Made by a program: the position numbers and the translations under genes | The notes under the pieces: generated by a model | Told to the model about the DNA's origin: nothing | The model's input: the letters and a program-made list of their open reading frames with translations, nothing else | Databases searched by the model: none | Shown here: positions 29,361-38,318 of the stretch, piece after piece | Position numbering within the stretch: position 1 is the stretch's first letter | How the letters are laid out: every line of letters begins with the position of its first letter | Assembly: GCA_963745235.1 (NCBI GenBank) | Contig: CAVUXE010000069.1 | Location: 1-55,342 of the forward strand | Origin: an uncultured Spirochaetota bacterium | Lineage (GTDB): Bacteria > Spirochaetota > Spirochaetia > SZUA-6 > Fen-1364 | Direction: 5' to 3' | Length of the DNA: 55,342 nt

Positions 29361-29670
29361 TGGCAAATGAAATTGTGAGATAACCGTCAATCATTTCTTC
29401 TGAGGGTCAAAGAGGCCAAATCGACAACGGATCTTATTTATTTGTCTATTAAATAGTTAAAGGTAGGAAACTCCTTTCCATGCCGGAATTCAAGCTCAAA
29501 ACCAAAGCGAGGCTGCAGGCGGCCGTCCTGATTATTACGCATGATATATAATGATATTTATTGACAAATCTTGATGAATGTGGGAAGATGCGTCACTGAT
29601 GGAGGACGCGAGGACGCTGGCTGACGCCGCCGACTCGACGGGTCCATCAAAGACTTCCAAGGAGGAGAAC

Positions 29671-30672
29671 ATGAAGATCAAAACGATCCTCGGTGTCGTG
29701 CTTTCCCTGGTGATCTTGAGCGCCGCGACGGCAAGCGCCCAGGCCTCGGAACCAAAGACCATCACAATTGGTCTTTCGTGGAACGAGAAGATGCAATCCC
29801 TGGTCCAGGCCTGGGACGACTACATGAAGCAATATGCCTCGGAATATGGGGCCAAGAACGGAATCACAATCAAATGGATCACCAATGTCGCGGACAGCGA
29901 TCCTTCGCAGCAGGCTTCCAACATTGAAGATCTGATCAGCCAAAAGGTCGACGTAATCATCGCGCGTCCCCACGACGCTGCAGCGATCGGTGCGTCGATT
30001 ACAGCGGCGCATAAGGCAGGGATCAAGTTCATTACTTTCGACAGGAAATCTTCGGGGGCACAACCAGACGCCCATGTGGGTGCGGACAGCTACAACCAGG
30101 CGATAACGACGGCGCAGGCATTTGCGAAGATTTTGAAAGACGCGGGTATCAAGGGAAAAGCTATTGAGCTAATGGGCGACTTGCGCGACATGAACGCCGT
30201 TCAGCGCTCGCAAGGCTGGCACAAAGTCGAAAACGATCTGCATCAGTGGCAGACGGTGATCCAAGTGCCCACTGAATGGAACCCAGAGAAGTTCCTGACA
30301 GGCACGACCAACGCTCTCCAGGCTCATCCTGAGGCAAATTGCATTTTCGTGGCGAGCGATTTCTGCTTTTCCGCGGTGGAGACTGCTCTCAAGAACGCGA
30401 ATCGGTGGGCTCCGGTTGGCGACCCGAATCATGTGTATATCGCGGCGCAGGACGTGAATCCACAAGGCTACGAGGCTATGAAGGGCGGCTACATCGATGT
30501 AGCAACTACCTACGACGCCTATTTCCATGCGGTGGAGCTGGTCAAGGTCGCTGTTCGGCTCGCCTCAGGCGAGGACCTCAAGGGCAAGGACTTCCTAGTG
30601 CCTGGCCGTGTCGCAACACCGGCCAACGTTGAGAAGCTCAACAACATGTGGGCTCGCGACTACAAGGATTGA
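29671..30672 (+). CDS. Monosaccharide/polyol ABC substrate-binding protein
   Basis: AGGAGG RBS, signal peptide, QQASNIEDLISQKVDVII and ITFDR motifs. Confidence 0.92.
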   Translation: MKIKTILGVVLSLVILSAATASAQASEPKTITIGLSWNEKMQSLVQAWDDYMKQYASEYGAKNGITIKWITNVADSDPSQQASNIEDLISQKVDVIIARPHDAAAIGASITAAHKAGIKFITFDRKSSGAQPDAHVGADSYNQAITTAQAFAKILKDAGIKGKAIELMGDLRDMNAVQRSQGWHKVENDLHQWQTVIQVPTEWNPEKFLTGTTNALQAHPEANCIFVASDFCFSAVETALKNANRWAPVGDPNHVYIAAQDVNPQGYEAMKGGYIDVATTYDAYFHAVELVKVAVRLASGEDLKGKDFLVPGRVATPANVEKLNNMWARDYKD

Positions 30673-30752
30673 GACCTTCGCGCGTTCCGACAGTCCGGCG
30701 CCATTCAAGCAGCGCCGGACTGCAACGCAATTTTCCGCATGGAGAGTCTCCA

Positions 30753-31724
30753 ATGGCAAACACGACACTAGAGGCGAAAGCGAACGCCGATCTGGGACGC
30801 TCCCGACTTGTGCTCCGTTTCATACCGGTTGCTCTTTTCGTTGCTGTGATCGTGTTTCTGGGATTTGCGGTCGATCGGTTCTTCACCGCCAACAACCTGC
30901 TGAATATTCTGATGCAATCGTCAGCGCTTGGATTCATGGCCATTGGCATGACCGCAGTCTTGCTAACAGGAGGAATCGACCTTTCTATCCCGGCCATTAT
31001 GGCATTTGCCGGAATCCTCGGCTCAATGTACATGCGCGAGGGTGGCAATCCGCTGATCGCCGCGGCCATCATGATAGGTGCAGGTGTGGCGGGGGGGGCG
31101 CTCAACGGTCTTGCTGTGGCCTTTCTAGGCATGATCCCCTTCGTCGTCACACTTTCCACCCAGGCGATAGCCATGGGCGCCTGCGTCATGATCACCAACT
31201 CAGTCAGTGTTCTCGGGCTGAAGCAGTCGTTTCTTGACACCGTTATGTCCAGAATACTGCAGATCCCAACGCCGATTGTGGCTCTCGGGACGGTGACGCT
31301 AATTGTAGGCGTCTTGTCAAAGAAGAGTTTCGTTGGGCGCTGGCTCTATGCTGTCGGAATGAACTCGGAAACTGCTCGCGTGAGTGGGGTTCCCAAGGGC
31401 CGAGTTCTTTTTGGCTCCTACGCATTTGCTGGTCTTTTCGCTGGCCTCGCTGCAATCGTCGTGACCGCGAGGCTTGCTTCTGCCTCACCAACGATGGGGG
31501 AGGAGGGCGTAGTTCTCAATGTCGTCGGCTCGGCCGTCGTCGGTGGAGTAAGCATTTATGGAGGGGCAGGGTCATTCGCCGGGGCGGTTGTCGGAGCTGT
31601 CATCATAACGATGATCAGCAACATAATGAACATGGCACATCTCTCATACTATGCCACTCTAATCGTTAAGGGGCTCGTGATAATTACTGTCGTTGCGATT
31701 GATTCGCGCTCTAGGAGGGCGTAG
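30753..31724 (+). CDS. Monosaccharide ABC permease
   Basis: TGGIDLSI, IPFVVTL and VVGGVSIYGGAG motifs. Confidence 0.92.
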   Translation: MANTTLEAKANADLGRSRLVLRFIPVALFVAVIVFLGFAVDRFFTANNLLNILMQSSALGFMAIGMTAVLLTGGIDLSIPAIMAFAGILGSMYMREGGNPLIAAAIMIGAGVAGGALNGLAVAFLGMIPFVVTLSTQAIAMGACVMITNSVSVLGLKQSFLDTVMSRILQIPTPIVALGTVTLIVGVLSKKSFVGRWLYAVGMNSETARVSGVPKGRVLFGSYAFAGLFAGLAAIVVTARLASASPTMGEEGVVLNVVGSAVVGGVSIYGGAGSFAGAVVGAVIITMISNIMNMAHLSYYATLIVKGLVIITVVAIDSRSRRA

Positions 31725-31727
31725 GGG

Positions 31728-33251
31728 GTGATTGTGTCCTCGGCATGTTTGAAACTTGTCGAAATTCGAAAGAGATTCCCCGGCGTAGTGGCTCTCAACG
31801 GCATCAATCTGGAATTGCAATGCAATGAAGTGCTTGCGCTCATCGGTGCCAACGGGGCAGGCAAGAGCACTCTTATGAACGTGCTTGGCGGAATCGTCCG
31901 GATGGACTCCGGCCTGATCGAGATAGATGGAAAAGCGGTTGAGCTCAGGAATCCCCTTGACGCCAAGCAAAGGGGCATTGCCTTTGTACACCAGGAAATG
32001 GCTCTTCTCCCCTCGATGAGCATAGCCGACAACATGTACATCTCGGACTTCCCAAAGACAAGGAGAGGCCTCATTGACTATGAGACGATTGAATCGCGCT
32101 GTTTGAAGGTGCTCAGGACTCTTGGCTGCTCTCTCTCGCCGCGGGCGAGAATCCGAAGTCTCGGAGCCGGCGACCGCCAAATCGTCGAGATCGCTCGAGC
32201 CTTGCTGTCAGCACCAAGGATCATAATATTTGACGAGCCTACGTCCTCACTATCAGGCACGGAGAAGATTAAGCTTTTCGAGGTCATTCATTCTCTCAGG
32301 AATGGTGGATGCGCAATTATCTATATAACTCATTTTCTAGACGAGATCTTCACGCTCTGCGACAGGGCTCTTGTCCTTCGAAACGGGGAGATAGCAGGAG
32401 GAGGGAAGATCTCGGAGCTCGATTACGAGAAGGTCGTCAAGCTCATGCTCGGCAGTTCCGATCTCGCGCTGTCGAGGGCGAACGCGAGGAAGGAACGGAG
32501 GATAGGAGAAATCAGGCTCAAGGTGACCAACTTGGAACAGAAAGGATCGTTTGAAGGTGTGAACCTTGCGCTGCATTCTGGGGAAGTCGTCGGTCTTTGG
32601 GGCCTTCTTGGTTCTGGGCGAAGCGAGCTCGCACGAGCCATAGCAGGCCTCGACACCATCGACCGCGGAGTCATAGAAGTGCGGGTGCAAGGAAAACTTC
32701 GAAAGATAAAGCGCCGAGCGGCGAAAAAGTGGATTGGCATGATCACGGAAAACCGGCGAGAGGATGGACTCTTGGGGGGGGCGTCCGTTCGGAAGAACAT
32801 TTCTCTCGCGAGTCTTCCGTCCTTATTGTCTGCTATTTGGCCGTTCATAGATGAGCGAAGAGAGAAGGCCGAGGCGCGCAAACTTGTCGAGAAGCTGGGG
32901 GTGAAGAGCACAAGCATAGAGCAGACAGTCGCGACACTGAGCGGCGGCAATCAACAGAAAGTCATCCTTAGTCGTTGGCTTCAGAGAGACCCTCCTATCC
33001 TGATTATGGACGAGCCAACGAGGGGTCTGGACGTCGGGGCGAAGTTGGAAATTCAGTCAGAGATATCTTCAGTGGCAGCGAAAGGCTCCGCGATTCTGGT
33101 CATCTCGTCGGAGATTGAAGAAATAATGAGCGTCAGCGATCGCTATATCGTGCTTCATCGGGGGCGCGTTGTTGCAGAACTTGGTCCGGAGGCGAACAAG
33201 GAGAGCCTTCTCAGCGCGGCAGTTGGCATCGCTCAGGGGGGGCTTAGGTGA
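31728..33251 (+). CDS. Monosaccharide ABC ATP-binding protein
   Basis: GANGAGKST, FDEPT and LSGGNQQK motifs. Confidence 0.94.
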   Translation: MIVSSACLKLVEIRKRFPGVVALNGINLELQCNEVLALIGANGAGKSTLMNVLGGIVRMDSGLIEIDGKAVELRNPLDAKQRGIAFVHQEMALLPSMSIADNMYISDFPKTRRGLIDYETIESRCLKVLRTLGCSLSPRARIRSLGAGDRQIVEIARALLSAPRIIIFDEPTSSLSGTEKIKLFEVIHSLRNGGCAIIYITHFLDEIFTLCDRALVLRNGEIAGGGKISELDYEKVVKLMLGSSDLALSRANARKERRIGEIRLKVTNLEQKGSFEGVNLALHSGEVVGLWGLLGSGRSELARAIAGLDTIDRGVIEVRVQGKLRKIKRRAAKKWIGMITENRREDGLLGGASVRKNISLASLPSLLSAIWPFIDERREKAEARKLVEKLGVKSTSIEQTVATLSGGNQQKVILSRWLQRDPPILIMDEPTRGLDVGAKLEIQSEISSVAAKGSAILVISSEIEEIMSVSDRYIVLHRGRVVAELGPEANKESLLSAAVGIAQGGLR

Positions 33252-34261
33252 AACCAAGCGGAACTTGGTTGGATGAATGCATCGAGTTTCTCCGCGAGTA
33301 CGGTTTTGTCGCTATATTGATGAGTGTCATTGTCATATTCTCGGTATTGTCGAAGACATTCCTTTCGTTGACCAATATCCTTGGACTGTTGCACACCTCT
33401 GTGCCTCTGATAATAGTCGCTGCGGGGCTGGCTTTGGTAGTCATGACGGGGAAGCTTGACATATCGATAGGATCAGCGTCCTTCCTGAGCGGCGCGGTTG
33501 GCGCAATACTCATGACTCGACTTCATGTTTCGCCCGCGATAGGTCTGCCCGTCGTCATTGCGACGGGAGCTTTGTGTGGCACAGTCAATGGAGTGTTGTG
33601 CGTCTATTTGCGCGTCAATCCGCTCATTACCACAATGGGATCCATGTTTGTTTTCCGGGGCATGGCTTTGCAGCTCACGGGCTCTCGGGCGATTAGTGTC
33701 TCTCAAGGGTTGCGCGATTTTGGGAATTACAGGATCGGACCTGTTTTTGTCGACATACTTATTGCCGGCTTCTTTCTGCTGCTCATCCACACCCTGCATA
33801 CACGAACGGCCTTTGGCAGACGCGTCATGGCTATTGGCACCAACGCCGAGACTGCGTCAAAGCTTGGCGTGCGGGTACGTGAGGTGAGCCTCGTAACTTT
33901 TGTGATCTCAGGACTTTGCGCAGGAATTGGGGGCCTTTTCTCAGTCTTTCAGATCGGAGCCGTGACGAATCAGATGGGCTCGGGGCTTGAGTTCACCGCA
34001 ATTGCAGCGATTGTGATCGGTGGGATAAGCCTTTTTGGTGGCGACGGAGCCATTCTCCCTAACTACCTTCTCGGCGTGCTGACATTGGGGATAATCGAGA
34101 ATGGGCTTAATCACATAGGCGCGTCGCCCTATCTTTATCCGTTTGTTCGTGGAGGCATCATATTGGTGGCGATGTACGCGGACTCCCTCAAAAGAAGACG
34201 GAAGCGACTTGCGGCAGCAAGCTCGATGGCTTCGCAGGAATCGATGACATCCGCCAGGTAG
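33248..34261 (+). CDS. Monosaccharide ABC permease
   Basis: TGKLDISIG, AIGTN and VIGGISLFGG motifs. The tail overlaps the antisense HEPN remnant. Confidence 0.92.
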   Translation: MKPSGTWLDECIEFLREYGFVAILMSVIVIFSVLSKTFLSLTNILGLLHTSVPLIIVAAGLALVVMTGKLDISIGSASFLSGAVGAILMTRLHVSPAIGLPVVIATGALCGTVNGVLCVYLRVNPLITTMGSMFVFRGMALQLTGSRAISVSQGLRDFGNYRIGPVFVDILIAGFFLLLIHTLHTRTAFGRRVMAIGTNAETASKLGVRVREVSLVTFVISGLCAGIGGLFSVFQIGAVTNQMGSGLEFTAIAAIVIGGISLFGGDGAILPNYLLGVLTLGIIENGLNHIGASPYLYPFVRGGIILVAMYADSLKRRRKRLAAASSMASQESMTSAR

Positions 34262-34281
34262 GCGCGCTGGTCACGTGGCAT
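34207..34281 (-). pseudogene. 5' fragment of a HEPN (DUF86-type) toxin gene
   Basis: An ATG overlapping the MNT end reads MPRDQRAYLADVIDSCEAIELAAAS, a DUF86-like N-terminus. It then runs into permease antisense sequence and has no RxxxxH motif. Confidence 0.72.
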
Positions 34282-34579
34282 GGAGCAGCTGCTTTGTACG
34301 CTCAATATCGCGGGCGAGGTAGGGGTTCTTGACCGCGCCGACCATTACAAGGTCGATGTTCCCCTGCAACAAGGACCGCAGTTCTTCCAGGAGTCCGAAA
34401 TAGGCTTCGACGCGCGCGTAGGGGTGCATTGGCCTAAAGTCAACCAGGAGGTCAAGGTCACTTTCTCCAAGCTTGAAGTCCTGACGAAGTGCCGAGCCGA
34501 AGGCTTCCAACGTGGCCACATGGTGGCGCGCGCAGGCGGCGACAATTGCGGCATGGCTCCTCTGCAATACCTCAACCAC
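34271..34579 (-). CDS. Minimal nucleotidyltransferase (MNT) antitoxin
   Basis: 102 aa; AFGSALRQDF...SDLDLLV, IDLV and KNPY motifs. Confidence 0.9.
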   Translation of the reverse strand: MVEVLQRSHAAIVAACARHHVATLEAFGSALRQDFKLGESDLDLLVDFRPMHPYARVEAYFGLLEELRSLLQGNIDLVMVGAVKNPYLARDIERTKQLLHAT

Positions 34580-34698
34580 TGTGACCCTCCGACACGAAAC
34601 GCGTATTGAGGTGGCGGGCCTCTATGTGACCTCACAGATGCAAGGTACCCGGGCGCGTGCCTCCACTTCGAGTTTACAAGCTCAAACAGTTTGGAGGG

Positions 34699-35037
34699 TC
34701 ACTTGCCGGCGATCTTTTTGGTCCCTTCGCCACCAACCTTGATAACGACCTTCACCGCATCTTCCATCGGGTCTTTGAAGGGCACCTCGATTCGAAGCAG
34801 TCCGTGCTCGTATGTCGCCTCGGCTTTGTCAGGTTTCACCGCCCAGCCCAAAGCCAAGGATGCAACATACTCGACGTCCCTCGCCAGCGCTGACAGATGG
34901 ACACTGTCCTCCAGCATCTTGAGATCGATGGTATCCGCCGGCGCTCCTGGGATGGCGAACTCCAGTATCAGCTTGCGGTTCTCCGGGTCAGCATACGCCA
35001 CATTGTCAGGGGCAACTTTCATTCGATTTTCGGGCAT
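34699..35037 (-). CDS. Hsp20/alpha-crystallin family small heat-shock protein
   Basis: AIPGA...IDL and AEATYEHGLLRIEVP motifs; AAGGAGG RBS. Confidence 0.88.
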   Translation of the reverse strand: MPENRMKVAPDNVAYADPENRKLILEFAIPGAPADTIDLKMLEDSVHLSALARDVEYVASLALGWAVKPDKAEATYEHGLLRIEVPFKDPMEDAVKVVIKVGGEGTKKIAGK

Positions 35038-35217
35038 CTATGTACCCTCCTTTTTTATCTAGATACAATGTAACCATGGTGAGGGCAAAAAGATAGGAAC
35101 TTCGAATAGCCGCTGCCTTGAGCCGAATGATCTGCGACCACGAGAACTCCGGTCCGTTTGGGAACAACGGTCAGAGCTATCACGCTAGTGGGGCTTGGAG
35201 GCCAAAGGAGATCAAAG

Positions 35218-35622
35218 ATGAAAGCGAAAGTGGGCTTGTGGATTGATCACAGGAAGGCGATTGTAGTCGCTGTCACTGACAAAGGCGAAGAGACAGGACT
35301 GGTGATATCTGCGATTGAAAAACAGGCCCGTCGTTCTCAAAGTTCGCGCCATTTGGGTCACTACGAACCACAACAAGTACCGGCAGACGATAGTCGACAG
35401 AAAGCCTTTACGGGACATCTCAACATCTACTACGATGCGGTCATCGCGAGCATTCGTGCTGCGGAATCCATTCTGATCTTCGGTCCTGGTGAGGCAAAGG
35501 GCGAACTGAAAAAACGTCTTGAAAGAATCAACCTTGGCGGACGCATCATAAGTGTTGAAACAGTTGACAAGATGACGGATCGGCAGATTGCGGCGAAAGT
35601 TCGACGGTACTTTGCCAAATAG
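35218..35622 (+). CDS. Small protein resembling a single eRF1/pelota-type (baeRF-like) domain
   Basis: GLWIDHRKAIVV, ILIFGPGEAKGELKKRL and ETVDKMTDRQIAAKVRRYF motifs; AAGGAG RBS. Confidence 0.65.
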   Translation: MKAKVGLWIDHRKAIVVAVTDKGEETGLVISAIEKQARRSQSSRHLGHYEPQQVPADDSRQKAFTGHLNIYYDAVIASIRAAESILIFGPGEAKGELKKRLERINLGGRIISVETVDKMTDRQIAAKVRRYFAK

Positions 35623-35786
35623 CATTCAAGAAAGGAACTGATGCACTCGGCCTAGAGATTGTTTGGGACAACTAAACGCCGTACGCCGATTTTTCCGGCC
35701 ACCTCAACCCCGCTCAGCCCGCCTTTTCCCCTTCGCATAGTCCGCGGTCACCCGAGCCTCTTGGATTGTTGCCCGCACGAAAGCCG

Positions 35787-37184
35787 TCACGTCCGCGAGC
35801 GCTGAGGCATGAACTGCTGCCATTTTTCGGCAGTGGATGGCTTGGATAGGAAGCTCACCACGACCAACACGACAAACGATACGGCAACGCCGATGAAGGC
35901 CGGCTCGAACCAGGAGTCCGAAGGCGGAGTCAGCTTGGGCAGCACCAGGAAGTGCCACAGCACCGATGCCGCCACTCCGACCAAGGACGAAAGCAGCGCG
36001 CCGACCGCGGTCGCCCTTTTCCAGTAGAAAGCGGCCAGGGTCGGGATGAAAGTCGCCGGTATGAAGATGCGGAAGGTAAGCTCGGTCAGCGAGACGACGT
36101 TCGGGTCGAGCCACGCAAAGAGCAATCCGAGCACACCCATCAAGGCGCTTATCCAGCGCACCTTGTTCATGCTCACCCGCTTCTGCGGCCAGATGCCCCT
36201 GACAAGCTGTGTCGCGGCCACAATCTGGAATATCACCACCGCAATGGCGCTGCCACTCAACATCGCAATGGCCACCAGGCCCCGCAGCCCCGGCGCCAGG
36301 GTTGCCGCCAGAGTGGGCATGGCCGCCTCGGGGTCAATCTTGGGAAAGAGGACGCTGGCGCCCATGCCGATGAAAGCGGCCGCCAACCCCACCACGGCGA
36401 TGATGACCCCGGCGAAGCTCAGTCCCACCTTGGCGGCGCGCGCGTTTTTTGCGGAGAAAACGAGCTGGTAGATATCCGCTGCCACCCACATGCTCAGGGT
36501 CATCACCCAGAAGAAGGCCCAGACGAACGGCCACGCGCCCGCCGAAAAGAGGTTGAAGGAGCCCGGCGGCAGAGCGGCCGTGAGGTGCGCCCAGCCGCCT
36601 GCCCTCGAGATAGCGAAGGAAACCAGGATCACAAGCCCCACAAAAAGGATGCAGAACTTGATGATGTTGGTTACGGCAGACGCCCACAACCCACCCAGCG
36701 CCGTATAGGTGATGAACGGGACCGCCATGATGAGCATGGCCGGGAACAGAGGGATATTGAACAGCGATTTGAGCACCTGGCCTCCGCCGACAAAGCCGAT
36801 GCTTAGGAGAATAACGTAGGCGATGGTGCCGAGAATGGAAAGGGTGACGCGCGCGCGAGCGTCGTATCTCATATTGAACACATCGATCAGGGAGTATTGA
36901 GCCAACGCTCGCAGCCTACCGGCCACTGTGAGAAGGAGAATCCAGGCGCCAACCGCCAGCATGATAAAGAACCATGCGCCAACCATCCCAAACGAGTATC
37001 CTAACCCTGCGACACCCACTGTGGCGCTCGAAATGCCCGCCGCGATTGTCATAGCGATGAAGAACGCGTTGAACTTGCGCCCTGCAACCAGATAATCATC
37101 GTAGTTGCTGGAGCGCCTGTACATCATTACGCCGATCACAAAAATGACGACGAAGTAGACAACAACCAGAATCGTGTCAATCAC
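35787..37184 (-). CDS. Sodium:solute symporter (SSS) family transporter
   Basis: DYLVAGR, YTALGGLWAS and YWKRATAVGA motifs; about 13 hydrophobic segments; GGAGGT RBS with GTG start. Confidence 0.92.
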   Translation of the reverse strand: MIDTILVVVYFVVIFVIGVMMYRRSSNYDDYLVAGRKFNAFFIAMTIAAGISSATVGVAGLGYSFGMVGAWFFIMLAVGAWILLLTVAGRLRALAQYSLIDVFNMRYDARARVTLSILGTIAYVILLSIGFVGGGQVLKSLFNIPLFPAMLIMAVPFITYTALGGLWASAVTNIIKFCILFVGLVILVSFAISRAGGWAHLTAALPPGSFNLFSAGAWPFVWAFFWVMTLSMWVAADIYQLVFSAKNARAAKVGLSFAGVIIAVVGLAAAFIGMGASVLFPKIDPEAAMPTLAATLAPGLRGLVAIAMLSGSAIAVVIFQIVAATQLVRGIWPQKRVSMNKVRWISALMGVLGLLFAWLDPNVVSLTELTFRIFIPATFIPTLAAFYWKRATAVGALLSSLVGVAASVLWHFLVLPKLTPPSDSWFEPAFIGVAVSFVVLVVVSFLSKPSTAEKWQQFMPQRSRT

Positions 37185-37206
37185 GGCAATCCACCTCCCT
37201 TAGGCC

Positions 37207-37244
37207 AAAAAAAACCCTGAGCTCCGATAAATCGGAACCCAGGG
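37207..37244 (-). terminator. Intrinsic terminator (riboswitch expression platform)
   Basis: CCCTGGGTTCCGA-TTTA-TCGGAGCTCAGGG followed by T8, between the aptamer and the RBS. Confidence 0.88.
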
Positions 37245-37269
37245 ATTTGCCATCTCCCGAGGCCACGTT

Positions 37270-37442
37270 CAACGATCGGCAGGTCTTCTGGCTCTAGTTC
37301 ACCCTACTCTCCGGCCTTCCCATCCCGATTGGTCGTGGACAGTGGCATACGCGGATTTCGTCCCTATTACAGCGGCGGGACCGCGCCCGGCTTCAACGGG
37401 CTTCCCTATTAAGTCCCGATTCTATCGGGACGCCGATCGTTG
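37270..37442 (-). ncRNA. Cobalamin (B12) riboswitch
   Basis: P1 CAACGATCGGC/GCCGATCGTTG; core AATAGGGAA-GCCCGTTGAAGCCGGGC-GCGGTCCCGCCGCTGTAA; GCCACTG...GGGAAGGC; B12 box GAGCCAGAAGACCTGCC. Confidence 0.95.
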
Positions 37443-37461
37443 GATCGTCAAATGTGCATAG

Positions 37462-37490
37462 GGTTTACAGCGTTGGTGGTTTCCTGTCAA
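37462..37490 (-). promoter_or_regulatory. Probable promoter for the riboswitch-SSS transcript
   Basis: TTGACA-N17-TAAACC, about 20 nt upstream of P1. Confidence 0.55.
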
Positions 37491-37622
37491 GAGTGGGTTT
37501 CAGAAGCCACGATGACCGTGGACCCGTGATGGGGGCAGTTCCTATTCCCACGGCATGCGCGAGCCCTTGAGTGCCCAATCTGGCCAGAATACGTCATAAC
37601 GAGCATCCCGCAATCCCTGTGA

Positions 37623-38193
37623 GTGCTCGGTGGCGGTATCGGACTGGGCGTGGTCGCGGCTGTACTATCGATTCTTTGCAGCATCGTTTACCTCGCCTCG
37701 AAGGGAGTCGTTCCATGGGGACTTGACCTCAACGATTTGCCTCCTCCTGTGGACAGTGGCCGCCCTTCCCGTCGCCCGGCTAACCGGGAGGCAACGGAAG
37801 GTCAACGAAGAGCTGACTCTGTTCTGTTCGCTCGTCGACCATACGAGCGACGCCATTCATGTAATAGACCCGAAAACGGGCCGGTTCCTGGATGTGAACA
37901 TGAAAGCCCGCGTCACTTACGGCTACACCCGGCGGGAATACCTGTCGTTCGGAACTTGCGATATCGATATCCTGGGTGAACAGCCCTGGCAAAAGGTCGC
38001 GGAGAAGATCCGACGCGATGGACACTGTGAGGTGGAGAGTCGTCATCGACGTAATGACGGCTTAACGTTTCCTGTAGAAGTCAGTTTCGTCTACATCCAT
38101 TTGAACCGTGACTACATCATAGCTGTCGCACGGGACACCAGCGACAGAAAACGAGCGGAGGCCGCGCTGCGTCTGCATGACCGGGCCATCCAA
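37623..38193 (+). pseudogene. Fragment of a membrane PAS-domain sensor (frameshifted, truncated)
   Basis: GGGIGLGVVAAVLS TM segment in one frame; PAS/PAC (LVDHTSDAIHVID...FPVEVS...ARDTSDRKRAE) in another; no output domain. Confidence 0.65.
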
Positions 38194-38318
38194 GGGGAGG
38201 AACGCCACGCCATCGGGCTCGGTCGCCCGCAAGGTCTCGGTACAAAGCTCGCATCGCGAGGATCATCCTCGACGTCTATCATACCCGCGCGTGACCTCGT
38301 TGCATGCTCACCACGTCT

